From: a virus
IMG/VR virus record: IMGVR_UViG_3300043185_000099
Coordinates: 1-64,000 of that record
DNA: 64,000 bases
Reading direction: 5' to 3' (one strand)
Shown here: positions 44,537 to 53,106 of the stretch, piece after piece
Numbering within the stretch: position 1 is the first letter of the stretch
Layout: each line of letters opens with the position of its first letter
Made by a program: the position numbers and the translations under genes
Notes under the pieces: generated by a model
What the model was told of the DNA's origin: nothing
Seen by the model: the letters and a program-made list of their open reading frames with translations, nothing else
Database searches by the model: none

Positions 44537-45498
44537 CGACGTCCTCCGCGACCCCGGGGCTTCCTGGGTTTCGGGTCTTCGAGCGAGAGCGTATGCAGGA
44601 AGCTGGTGGTGTGATTGTTCGACTCATCTTCCTCGGCCAGCTCATCGATGATTCCCCCAGCGTCGTCGACGGCATCTTCTCCTTCGTCATCCGCATCGTC
44701 CGTGATGCCCTCTGCCGGTTCTTCGGCCGGCGCGGACTCACGAGGCGCGTCAAGGTCCTCCAGGGCAGCAGTGATAGCCCCGTCCTGTGCCACGACATCC
44801 ACGACAGTGGAGACACTCTTGAAGTTCTTCACCTTGTCGTTGATGATCCGTATGTGGGACCACGTGCTCAGCAGCGACTCCAGGCTCTCGCTGTAGAACC
44901 TATGGTGAACCTCGTTGATGCGGTGGTCTGGTTGATCGACGATCCACGTCGGCTTTCCCTCGTACCGCCGGAGCCCGAGAGCTTCGAGCAGTGCGTTGGG
45001 GGCCTCCTTGTTGGGAAGCTGCTTGACGCCGAGGAAGATCACGAGGAGGTCAGGTGGCGTCACGAGATCGGGCAAGTCGATGGCCTCCAAGGTGGCCCGC
45101 TCGATCTCCAGGTCGTAAATCTTGATGCCCTGAGCCTTCTGTGTGCCGAACCAGCTGTCCAGGAGCTGTGAGTCCGCGTAGACCCGACAGTCCCACATCG
45201 AGGACATGGCGTACGCGAGGGCCTTCATGTGTCGCCGGAATGTGATCTCGCTGGTTGTGATCCACAGGTTGCGGCGCAAGAACAGCTTGAGAGGCGGATC
45301 GTTGCGCAGGCCGGGGATGTCCTTGGCCTCGGACAGCGACTTCCAGATGCTCTCCATGTTCACGAGCTTCAGAGCATCCTTCGTGCAGTCGCAGTACTCG
45401 CCGCCCTTCTCGCCCGGTCGCGTGTAGATACAATCGGGGTAGATGAAGCCCGTGCCACCACACTTCGGGCATTTCGGGTCGGCGTAGTCGCGGCTCAC
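44533..45498 (-). CDS. DnaC/IstB-like helicase loader (degenerate) with N-terminal zinc finger
   Basis: CPKCGGTG...CDC, PDLLVIFLG, R..EGKPTWI; directly upstream of the helicase. Confidence 0.55.
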   Translation of the reverse strand: MSRDYADPKCPKCGGTGFIYPDCIYTRPGEKGGEYCDCTKDALKLVNMESIWKSLSEAKDIPGLRNDPPLKLFLRRNLWITTSEITFRRHMKALAYAMSSMWDCRVYADSQLLDSWFGTQKAQGIKIYDLEIERATLEAIDLPDLVTPPDLLVIFLGVKQLPNKEAPNALLEALGLRRYEGKPTWIVDQPDHRINEVHHRFYSESLESLLSTWSHIRIINDKVKNFKSVSTVVDVVAQDGAITAALEDLDAPRESAPAEEPAEGITDDADDEGEDAVDDAGGIIDELAEEDESNNHTTSFLHTLSLEDPKPRKPRGRGGRR

Positions 45499-45505
45499 GG
45501 TCTGT

Positions 45506-47020
45506 CTACTCCAACGTCGGATCGGGCGGGGCGTCGTCACTAGGGTTTGCAACCGAAAGGAAGTCGAACAACCCTCCTCCGTCGTCTGCCACGTCGGCCA
45601 TCCCGAGCGGCTCCTGGTCCCTGATCCTGGCCGTAGCCAATCCGAGGTAGGTCGCGCTGGCGTCGATTCCGATGTAGTCCCGAGCCTCTCGAAGAGCCAC
45701 GAACCCTGTCGTGCCCGAGCCAGAGAACGGATCGAGCACCGTGCATGGTGTCATGTCGTGCGGAGAGCACGAGCACGTCGGTTCCCATCCGACCGTCTTG
45801 TCCGGGTGCCGCGCCTTCCATGCGTTGATCTCTTTGCCAGATAGCTTGGATGCTCTGAATCCCATGTTGCCCGCACCCACGTTGCCGGGCTGCCCGATCT
45901 CAAGACGCTTACCTGGATCGCGGTGTGCCGGCTCCGGCGCAGGCGGGCCCTTCTCCACGACCCTCCTCCACGGAGAGCCGCACGACGAGCAACACCCCAG
46001 GGATGTTCCAGCTTGGATGCAGAGGCGCGGGAGTTCGGGCGGGAACACGGCGAAGTGCGCTCCCGGGTACGGCTTGGTGTTGATGGGCCACACAGATCGC
46101 CGATTACGGCCCGGCTGGTTAGGGGCCTCCTGTGGTCTGCGTTTGCCCCCGATGGAGAGCCGCTCTGGCGTCTCCCAGTTGTTGCCCCCAGCCGCGCCCA
46201 TCCTCTCGTCGGCCCAGGGTTCCATGATCGCGACGTGGTCGTAGTAGTAGTCGTGTGGGTTCTTCGTCAGCAGGAAGATGTACTCGTGGGAGGTTGTCGG
46301 TCGATCCTTGACCGCCTCTGGCATTGGGTTTCCTTTGCTCCACACAATGTTGGACCGCACGTTCCACCCGTCCTCCTGCAGCGCGATGGCGACGCGATGC
46401 GGGATCATCACGAGATTCTTCGGGCGCAGACCCTCGGGAACACGCGACGACTGGCCCTGTGGCAGATTCTTCCACTTCGTCGGTGAGACTTGCTTCACAC
46501 GGTTGGCCGTGTAGCTATCTCCCAGGTTGAGCCACAGGGTCCCGTCGTCTCTGAGGACTCTCCACACCTCGCGGAACACCTCGATGATGTGCTCGACGTA
46601 CATCCATGGGGTTGGCTCAAGTCCGAGGTGCCCGCGCCACGCCCCGCACAGCGTACAAGACTCGGAGCGGTCGACCCTGTACTGCTCCGTCTCGCCGTGG
46701 TCATTCTCAAGACCAGGACCGAGAGTCTTCTCCGCACCCGCCGACACCAGGGTGGAGCCGAGATCTTCTCGGCCGTTGGTGCTGCCCTTGCGCACGACAG
46801 ACGCGTCCTCCCACCGGTGCGGGCACGCGGCATCGCCTCCCCACACGCTCGGCTCGGAATCGTAGGCGCGGAGGCCCCAGTACGGGGGCGACGTCACGAC
46901 GCAGTGGACCGAGGAAGACGGTAGCTCTCGCAGAGCCTCGCGACAGTCGTGGCCGTAGTAGAGATGCGCCTCGGGCGGGCGGTCTCCTGTCGGCCGACGG
47001 ACGACGACGGGCTCAGGCAC
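45506..47020 (-). CDS. beta-class DNA methyltransferase (SPPY, probably N4C)
   Basis: TSPPYWGLR, WLNLGDSY, PMPEAVKDRPT, AHFAVFP and DPFSGSGTT. Confidence 0.92.
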   Translation of the reverse strand: MPEPVVVRRPTGDRPPEAHLYYGHDCREALRELPSSSVHCVVTSPPYWGLRAYDSEPSVWGGDAACPHRWEDASVVRKGSTNGREDLGSTLVSAGAEKTLGPGLENDHGETEQYRVDRSESCTLCGAWRGHLGLEPTPWMYVEHIIEVFREVWRVLRDDGTLWLNLGDSYTANRVKQVSPTKWKNLPQGQSSRVPEGLRPKNLVMIPHRVAIALQEDGWNVRSNIVWSKGNPMPEAVKDRPTTSHEYIFLLTKNPHDYYYDHVAIMEPWADERMGAAGGNNWETPERLSIGGKRRPQEAPNQPGRNRRSVWPINTKPYPGAHFAVFPPELPRLCIQAGTSLGCCSSCGSPWRRVVEKGPPAPEPAHRDPGKRLEIGQPGNVGAGNMGFRASKLSGKEINAWKARHPDKTVGWEPTCSCSPHDMTPCTVLDPFSGSGTTGFVALREARDYIGIDASATYLGLATARIRDQEPLGMADVADDGGGLFDFLSVANPSDDAPPDPTLE

Positions 47021-48626
47021 GCTGCCTCCTGGCATCGGCTGCCAGCGCGTTGAAGATGTCGTCGACGCTGTTCGCGTCGGAGACCAGCACGTTCTTGTCG
47101 TCCTCCCCCTTGATGCGGCGCCCCATGACCTCCTCGATGAGCTGCATCTTCTTCCTGAGCACGGCCATGACCTGCACGTCGATGGTCCCGCGCGCCACCA
47201 GGTGGATCGCGTAGCAGCGGTCGTGCGTCGACCCGATGCGGATCATGCGGCCGAGAATCTGGATGTAGTCCCCCGCGCTCCAGGGGTTGTCGTAGAAGAT
47301 CAGCGCCTTCGCAGCCTGGAGATTGATGCCCTCCGCCCCCGCCGACGTGATCCAGCAGACGCGCACGTCCGACTTCGGGTCCTGGAAGATCCGCATCGCC
47401 TCCTCACGCTCGCCCTCATCCTCGTCTCCGGTGATGCGGACCGTCTTGAGTCCGTACTTCTTGGAAGATGCTTCTCGTTCCAGGATATTGACCATTTTCC
47501 GGAAGCGGCTGAAGACGATCACTTTCTCGTCGGCGAGATCCCCCTCCGTGAGGATTTCAAACAGCTCGTCCATCTTGTCACTCTCGCCATCGCACTCGAC
47601 CAGCTCCGGGTGGTCGACGATCTGCTGGCAGTAGATCAAGGCGGTGAGCTTGGTTGTCTCCTTTGTCTCGCCCGTCTGATCGATCTCCAGGAGCCCCGAC
47701 AGCGCCTCGTGGTACTTCACGGCCTGCTCTGGCGTCATGGCCATGCGGTGTTCTTTCACCGTGAGGATGGGCAGTTCCTTCGCCACGTCCATCTTGGCTC
47801 GGGCGAGGAAGTACGGATCGATCTTCTCGCGGAAACGCTTGATCTGGTCGCTACGATAGCCGATGATCACCGGGATTTGCCGTCGGCTTCCAGGGATGGG
47901 CTGGAGTCGGGTGAGACAGTACTCGGACATGAACCTGTTCTTGGACGTGGGAAACAGGCCCGGCACCAGCAACGAGTAGATCCCGAATCCCTCGATCAGG
48001 TTATTTTTGATGAGGGTGGCAGTGAGCGCCCACATCCTCCGAGCGCGCTCGGGATGGCCGAGGTGCCGCACGACTTGATACGTCTGCGTCGATGGGTTCT
48101 TGTAGGCCGTAGCCTCGTCGGTCACGAGGATGTAGTCCTTCAAGTTCTGCAGATGCTTGATGTCCCGGCGCGCGCTGGCGTAACCCAGGATCAGGACTGT
48201 GGGCCCGACAGAGTGCTGGAACTCCTTGTAGACCGCGTGCCTTTGTGCAGGGGCGCCACTGCACGGCAGCGCCTTGATTGACCCTGGCGTGCAGAACTTC
48301 GCAAACTCCGTGGCCCACTGCATCACCACGCTCTTATTCGTGAGGATGATGACCCTCGTGTTCGGCTCCTTCGCCCAGACGAAGCACAGCGCCGCGATGC
48401 TGACCAAGGTCTTTCCCGTGCCGGTGTCGTCGCCCAGCAGGAACCTGTTCATCATCACGAGATGCAGGACGGCCTGCACCTGGTAGTAACGAATGCGGAG
48501 CGGCTGCTCACTCCCGTCGAAATCCGTGAACGTCGGCTTCAAGAGCGGCGTAGCCCGGAGAGACAGGTCGGTGCGCGTCCTGATATCCCGGAGCTTGTCG
48601 TGGGCAGCCTTCAGGCGCTCGTCCAT
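47013..48626 (-). CDS. SNF2-family helicase
   Basis: DDTGTGKT, DEA, LTAT, EGINLQ and Q..GR..RIG. Confidence 0.92.
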   Translation of the reverse strand: MDERLKAAHDKLRDIRTRTDLSLRATPLLKPTFTDFDGSEQPLRIRYYQVQAVLHLVMMNRFLLGDDTGTGKTLVSIAALCFVWAKEPNTRVIILTNKSVVMQWATEFAKFCTPGSIKALPCSGAPAQRHAVYKEFQHSVGPTVLILGYASARRDIKHLQNLKDYILVTDEATAYKNPSTQTYQVVRHLGHPERARRMWALTATLIKNNLIEGFGIYSLLVPGLFPTSKNRFMSEYCLTRLQPIPGSRRQIPVIIGYRSDQIKRFREKIDPYFLARAKMDVAKELPILTVKEHRMAMTPEQAVKYHEALSGLLEIDQTGETKETTKLTALIYCQQIVDHPELVECDGESDKMDELFEILTEGDLADEKVIVFSRFRKMVNILEREASSKKYGLKTVRITGDEDEGEREEAMRIFQDPKSDVRVCWITSAGAEGINLQAAKALIFYDNPWSAGDYIQILGRMIRIGSTHDRCYAIHLVARGTIDVQVMAVLRKKMQLIEEVMGRRIKGEDDKNVLVSDANSVDDIFNALAADARRQRA

Positions 48627-48643
48627 CGCCCAGGCTATACCCC

Positions 48644-49276
48644 TTAGAACAGATCGACGATGCGGCCCACGGCCGGTTTCTCCTGGAATCTATCCCCGAC
48701 GAGACGTCGTTTGAAGTCGCGCAGAAGCAGCACACCCGCATCGGCGTCAGGAGCGGGACCCTTGAACACCTTCACCAAATCGCGCGCCTTCCGCCACACC
48801 GAAGCCAAGTACTCGCGGCGTGCAGGACCTACGACATTCGCGAGAAACCACTCGCCGATCTCCTTCATCGCCTCGTCGCGGGCGTCGCCGTGTTCGAGTT
48901 CGGGCACGATCATGTCGCTCCACGTCGCCGGAACGGCCCCAAACCAGATGTGGAGACTTTGCAGGGCTCGCAGGGCTTCTCTCGTCCTCGGCGAGAGGGG
49001 CGGCCAGTGCTTCCCATTCACGAGAAACCAGTTCACGAACAGCGGATCAAGGCCGTGTTTGGCCGCAATCCTTGCCTCCTCGCGCAAGATCTCCGGAATC
49101 GCCGCAACCAGATCTTTGAGCAGGGAGTCCTTTGTCGCCTCGTACGCCTGCTCGACCAGGCGTTCGCGCTCTGCTCGGGTCATCGCACGCGCTGGGGGTG
49201 GCTCCTCGCGCTGGTCTGGCTGCCCGAGCAGCTTGTCGAGCCACGCCCAGGCCACACGCTCGTGGGTCTCGATCAT
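48644..49276 (-). CDS. hypothetical protein
   Basis: 210 aa; start overlaps the upstream stop. Confidence 0.65.
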   Translation of the reverse strand: MIETHERVAWAWLDKLLGQPDQREEPPPARAMTRAERERLVEQAYEATKDSLLKDLVAAIPEILREEARIAAKHGLDPLFVNWFLVNGKHWPPLSPRTREALRALQSLHIWFGAVPATWSDMIVPELEHGDARDEAMKEIGEWFLANVVGPARREYLASVWRKARDLVKVFKGPAPDADAGVLLLRDFKRRLVGDRFQEKPAVGRIVDLF

Positions 49277-50091
49277 CGAGGAGGCTCCATGAAATCAATG
49301 ACCACGCGCCCCGCCCCGGAGACGCTGATCTCGGCCCCTCGCACTGTCCTGGCGGTTCGCACCTGACCATAGGGGTGGATAGCAAAATCAACGCCAGGCA
49401 CATCGACGGTCCCGCGCACGGGAGGGTCAAGCGTCGCGACCGAACGGGGAACCATTGTTGAGAGCTTCTGCGCCACGTCGGCCGCGCGAGTCGAGTGGAG
49501 GCCTGCTGCCCGCAAGGCTCCCTGTGTCTTGTTCCCTAGGATCCCATCGATGGCCCCCACGTTGTAGCCGAGAAGGTGAAGCCGCGCCTGAATCATCCGC
49601 TCTGTCGCACGCGCTCCACCCCACGTCTCGACGTCAATCTGCGCGGCGCAACAGAATCCCGGCCATCCGGCTTCGCCGCGACCGGCACCGAGCAGGTTGT
49701 CCATGAGGATCGACCACTGACCGAACACGTGGAAGATATCGTCATGCGGTCCCGGCAAGGGGTACCTTGAGAAGGGGACGAACCCGAGGGGAATCGCAGC
49801 TCCCCAGAGCATGGCGATCTCTCGCTCCCGTCTTGACGCGGCTGGCTCGGCATCCTCGACCAAGTCGAGGCGCAGGTAGACCTCTCGACCCGTTGGAATG
49901 GCCGACCACTCGGGAGGCAGACCCGTCGGACCGGGGTCCTTCCGGACACTTTCCCATGTCATCTCGCTCGCTTCGCGACCGCTCACGTGCAGCCGTGCCT
50001 TGAGGGTGGTCACGCGGCTCTCGAGCTTGCGCAGCATGTCGACTGTGTCGGGTGTGAAGGTTCCGGTGCGGTACTGGATGAGACTGGTCAT
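49273..50091 (-). CDS. peptidoglycan-binding domain protein
   Basis: IQARLHLLGYNVGAIDGILGNKTQGAL (PG_binding_1 signature). Confidence 0.7.
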   Translation of the reverse strand: MTSLIQYRTGTFTPDTVDMLRKLESRVTTLKARLHVSGREASEMTWESVRKDPGPTGLPPEWSAIPTGREVYLRLDLVEDAEPAASRREREIAMLWGAAIPLGFVPFSRYPLPGPHDDIFHVFGQWSILMDNLLGAGRGEAGWPGFCCAAQIDVETWGGARATERMIQARLHLLGYNVGAIDGILGNKTQGALRAAGLHSTRAADVAQKLSTMVPRSVATLDPPVRGTVDVPGVDFAIHPYGQVRTARTVRGAEISVSGAGRVVIDFMEPPR

Positions 50092-51716
50092 GGGGCCCTC
50101 TGCTTCTTCACAATCGCGACATCGGCCGTGAGCATAGTCGAGGCCGCCGAGATCGCGGAGATGACCGCGGCCTTCACGACTTCGTAGGGATCGCACAGAA
50201 CGGGAGGCTCCATCAGGTCCCGGAGCCGCTGGCGGATGGCGTCCCAGCCTACCCCCCAACCCATCCCCTCGGAGGCGTCCCTAGACGCCTCCAAGATGCT
50301 CCGCAGGACCACCGGAGGCTCTGCCCCGGCGTTCTTGGCGAGCACTTTCAGGGGCTCCCTGAGAGCCTCAGCGACGACCCTTGCCTCCACAGTGTCGTCC
50401 TCCGCGCGGAGCCGTTCAGAGAGGGCCAGGCAGGCTATGCCTCCTCCCGGGACGACGCCTCCCTCGACCGCCACCTTGACGGCGTTCAACGCGTCCTCGA
50501 CCTTGCCCTTTCGCTCGCGAATCTCGACCTGTGTCGCCCCACCGATACGGAGAACACAAAACCCGTCGGTCAGACGAGCGATCCGAGTGCGGATCTCCTC
50601 GATATCGTGGCTGTGGGTGGCCCGCTGCTCCTCAAGATGAAGCGCCGCCACACGAGCTTCGATCCGAGGGAACGCGTCCTCGAACGTGAACATGGTGGTT
50701 GTTGTCCGATTTGTGACGATACGTTGGGCCGAACCCAGATGTTCCGACCTGAAGCTGGCGATCGGGAGAGCGTGCGGATCGATGATGGTAGCGCCCGTCA
50801 AGGCCGCAATGTCCTCCAACTTGGTGCGAACTAGATCGGGGCGTCCCGGGAGGCGCACAGCCACGGCCTCAAACTTGACGCCGTCGGGGCGTTCCAACTT
50901 GCGGTCGTTGGCCACAATCGTCTGGAGAGCTTTCCCGTAACAGCCGCGAGACACGATCACGAGAGGGTGTGGAAACTGGATCGCCTCTTCCATGATTTGG
51001 CGAACGTCGTTGATCGTTTCCAGCGTGCCATCGACGATCGCTACGAGAGGGATTTCAAAGGCTCGTCGGCCCTCATCGTCGGCGAGATCGGAACTCTCGA
51101 GGCCGCCGGAGATTTCCATGCCGGTTTTGTGGACGATCTCGACTCCGCGACCCCGCCCGTCTTCAACGACGATCATGCCCTCGGTCCCGACAGCATCCAG
51201 CGCAGCGACGATGGCCTCAGCCACGTCTACATCACCGCCGCTCGCCTGGAGCGCTAGTTCTCGCAAGAGTGTGGGATCCTCTACGGGCAACCTCCACTCG
51301 GCGAGCATGTCGGAGACGCGGTTACTGATCCTGCGGAGGCCGTCAGCCAGTTCGACGACGTTGGTGCCGGCGGTCCATTTCACGGACTCACGAACGAGCG
51401 CGGCCAACAGCAGCGCCGTCGTTGTCGTCCCATCCCCGGTGGTCCGGGAGACGTGGCCGCACACGTTTTGCGCGATGCGGACCCCGAGACGATGCACAGG
51501 ATCAGCCGGCTCCAGTTCCCAGGCTACGGTTGCGCCGTCGCGAGTGGACAGGATTCCCCCCGCTCGATCCAGCATGACCGTCCTGCCCCGGGGCCCGAAG
51601 GTCACCGCGACTACCCGCTCAAAATCCCGGATTCCTGCTTGCAGGGCTTTGCGAGTAGGTGGTCCTTCAGAAACACAAACAGGGGTCTTAGTCCGTCGGG
51701 GCGAGCGCGAGACCAT
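50088..51716 (-). CDS. groL: chaperonin GroEL-like (divergent)
   Basis: TFGPRGR, TRDGATVA, GDGTTT, RIARL...IGGAT, EDALNA and GVVPGGG. Confidence 0.92.
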   Translation of the reverse strand: MVSRSPRRTKTPVCVSEGPPTRKALQAGIRDFERVVAVTFGPRGRTVMLDRAGGILSTRDGATVAWELEPADPVHRLGVRIAQNVCGHVSRTTGDGTTTTALLLAALVRESVKWTAGTNVVELADGLRRISNRVSDMLAEWRLPVEDPTLLRELALQASGGDVDVAEAIVAALDAVGTEGMIVVEDGRGRGVEIVHKTGMEISGGLESSDLADDEGRRAFEIPLVAIVDGTLETINDVRQIMEEAIQFPHPLVIVSRGCYGKALQTIVANDRKLERPDGVKFEAVAVRLPGRPDLVRTKLEDIAALTGATIIDPHALPIASFRSEHLGSAQRIVTNRTTTTMFTFEDAFPRIEARVAALHLEEQRATHSHDIEEIRTRIARLTDGFCVLRIGGATQVEIRERKGKVEDALNAVKVAVEGGVVPGGGIACLALSERLRAEDDTVEARVVAEALREPLKVLAKNAGAEPPVVLRSILEASRDASEGMGWGVGWDAIRQRLRDLMEPPVLCDPYEVVKAAVISAISAASTMLTADVAIVKKQRAP

Positions 51717-51745
51717 TTCGTCTCTACACTACACACTGCGCCGCT

Positions 51746-52063
51746 CTAGCACTCCCAGGACTCCTCGAGAGTGTCGTACCAGAGGATGTACTTGCGGATC
51801 GCCACCACGTCGGCTTTCCCGCTCGTCACGACAATCTCGATGTCCTTGACCGTGTCCACTTCGGCGAACGTCGCAATCACGTTAAATTCGGACTTGAGCG
51901 TGTAGGCCAAGTTCGGGTGGCAATCGCTGTAGCTGAGGTAGAGGGGACCGTGGCGCACGATGATCGTGGCCGCCACTCGTTTGTCGGCTTGCTCGCTGGG
52001 CACGGGCATCTCAACAATACCCTCGGAGGCGATGAGCGCGAGAATCAGGGTTTGAAGGATCAT
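51746..52063 (-). CDS. hypothetical protein
   Basis: Short ORF with a hydrophobic N-terminus. Confidence 0.5.
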   Translation of the reverse strand: MILQTLILALIASEGIVEMPVPSEQADKRVAATIIVRHGPLYLSYSDCHPNLAYTLKSEFNVIATFAEVDTVKDIEIVVTSGKADVVAIRKYILWYDTLEESWEC

Positions 52064-52120
52064 CTTGTCTCCTGTACGGACAATGCTTCGAGGATACACT
52101 GCGCTACTAGCGCAGCCCTC

Positions 52121-52732
52121 CTATGCTCCTTCGGGCTTCATTTCGGGCTCGGACGTGGCCTTGTTCTTCAGGAAGTGCTTGAAGACCATCTCCCAGAGCC
52201 CAACGGCGGACGCGCCGACCATGAAGCCTCCCGCGAGAGCATCGATGATACTTGCGCCTTCGACCATGAGAGCGGCGGCGATGTAGCCGAGGATGCTCGT
52301 ACCGGCCGCGAACCACGGCATTGCGGACTTGGGCAGCTTCTTGGCCAATCCCAGACGACCGGCGATGAACACGACGAGCATGATGGCCAGCGCGGCCACG
52401 AGGCTCCACTGTCCATTGCGCGCCGCATCGATCAAGGTTTTCACGGCCGCGGTGGCGGCGTCGTCGTCCTTGATTTCGGCGGGACTCTCGCTGTCGGCCT
52501 TCTCGAGAGTTCCTGGATTCTCCTTGGTTTCCTCGGCAGGATCAGCCGCTTTCGGCTCCTCGGCTTTGGCTTCCTCGGCCTTCGCCTCGGGTGTCCCGGG
52601 ATCCTCGGTTTTGGCTTCCTCGGCCTTCGCCTCGGGGGAAGCCTCTTCCGGAGGCGCCGCGATTGCGGGGATCGAAAACAGGAACGCAGCCACGAAGACT
52701 GCAGGGATAGGGATCATGAACGGGTTTCGCAT
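52121..52732 (-). CDS. membrane protein (signal peptide, acidic repeats, three TM helices; holin-like C-terminus)
   Basis: EAKAEEAK repeats; ...GASAVGLWE tail. Confidence 0.65.
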   Translation of the reverse strand: MRNPFMIPIPAVFVAAFLFSIPAIAAPPEEASPEAKAEEAKTEDPGTPEAKAEEAKAEEPKAADPAEETKENPGTLEKADSESPAEIKDDDAATAAVKTLIDAARNGQWSLVAALAIMLVVFIAGRLGLAKKLPKSAMPWFAAGTSILGYIAAALMVEGASIIDALAGGFMVGASAVGLWEMVFKHFLKNKATSEPEMKPEGA

Positions 52733-53106
52733 GGCTTCTTTCCTTTGGCGGCGAGGATCTTCTGTATGATCAGCGCCTTCGTGTCTCCGGGCTCCAGAAC
52801 CACCGCATGGCGGTCGGCCACTCTCCTCAATCTTTGATGCGGGAACGCGAGCAGGTCATCGGCAGTGACATGGTCGAGGTCGAGGGGCGCCTCTGGCATC
52901 GGACCTGAGTCGATGCCCCATGCGGGAGGTTCCTGCGCGGCGTACACCTTCGGACGACCAAGATCGCGCAGCTCTCGCCGGAGACGATTCATCTCCTCAA
53001 CCGAGAGATCGCTCCGTGACAGCGACGCTCGCAGAGACTTCCGATAGCTGTCCAAATGCGGACGCCGGACATCCATCGTCAACATCTGCTGAGAGATGTG
53101 TTTCAT
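52714..53106 (-). CDS. hypothetical protein
   Basis: 130 aa with ATGA overlap. Confidence 0.6.
   Translation of the reverse strand: MKHISQQMLTMDVRRPHLDSYRKSLRASLSRSDLSVEEMNRLRRELRDLGRPKVYAAQEPPAWGIDSGPMPEAPLDLDHVTADDLLAFPHQRLRRVADRHAVVLEPGDTKALIIQKILAAKGKKPCETRS

Noticed and set aside
51746-52063. GroES next to GroEL
   Set aside because: No PLxDRV or mobile-loop GGI motif.
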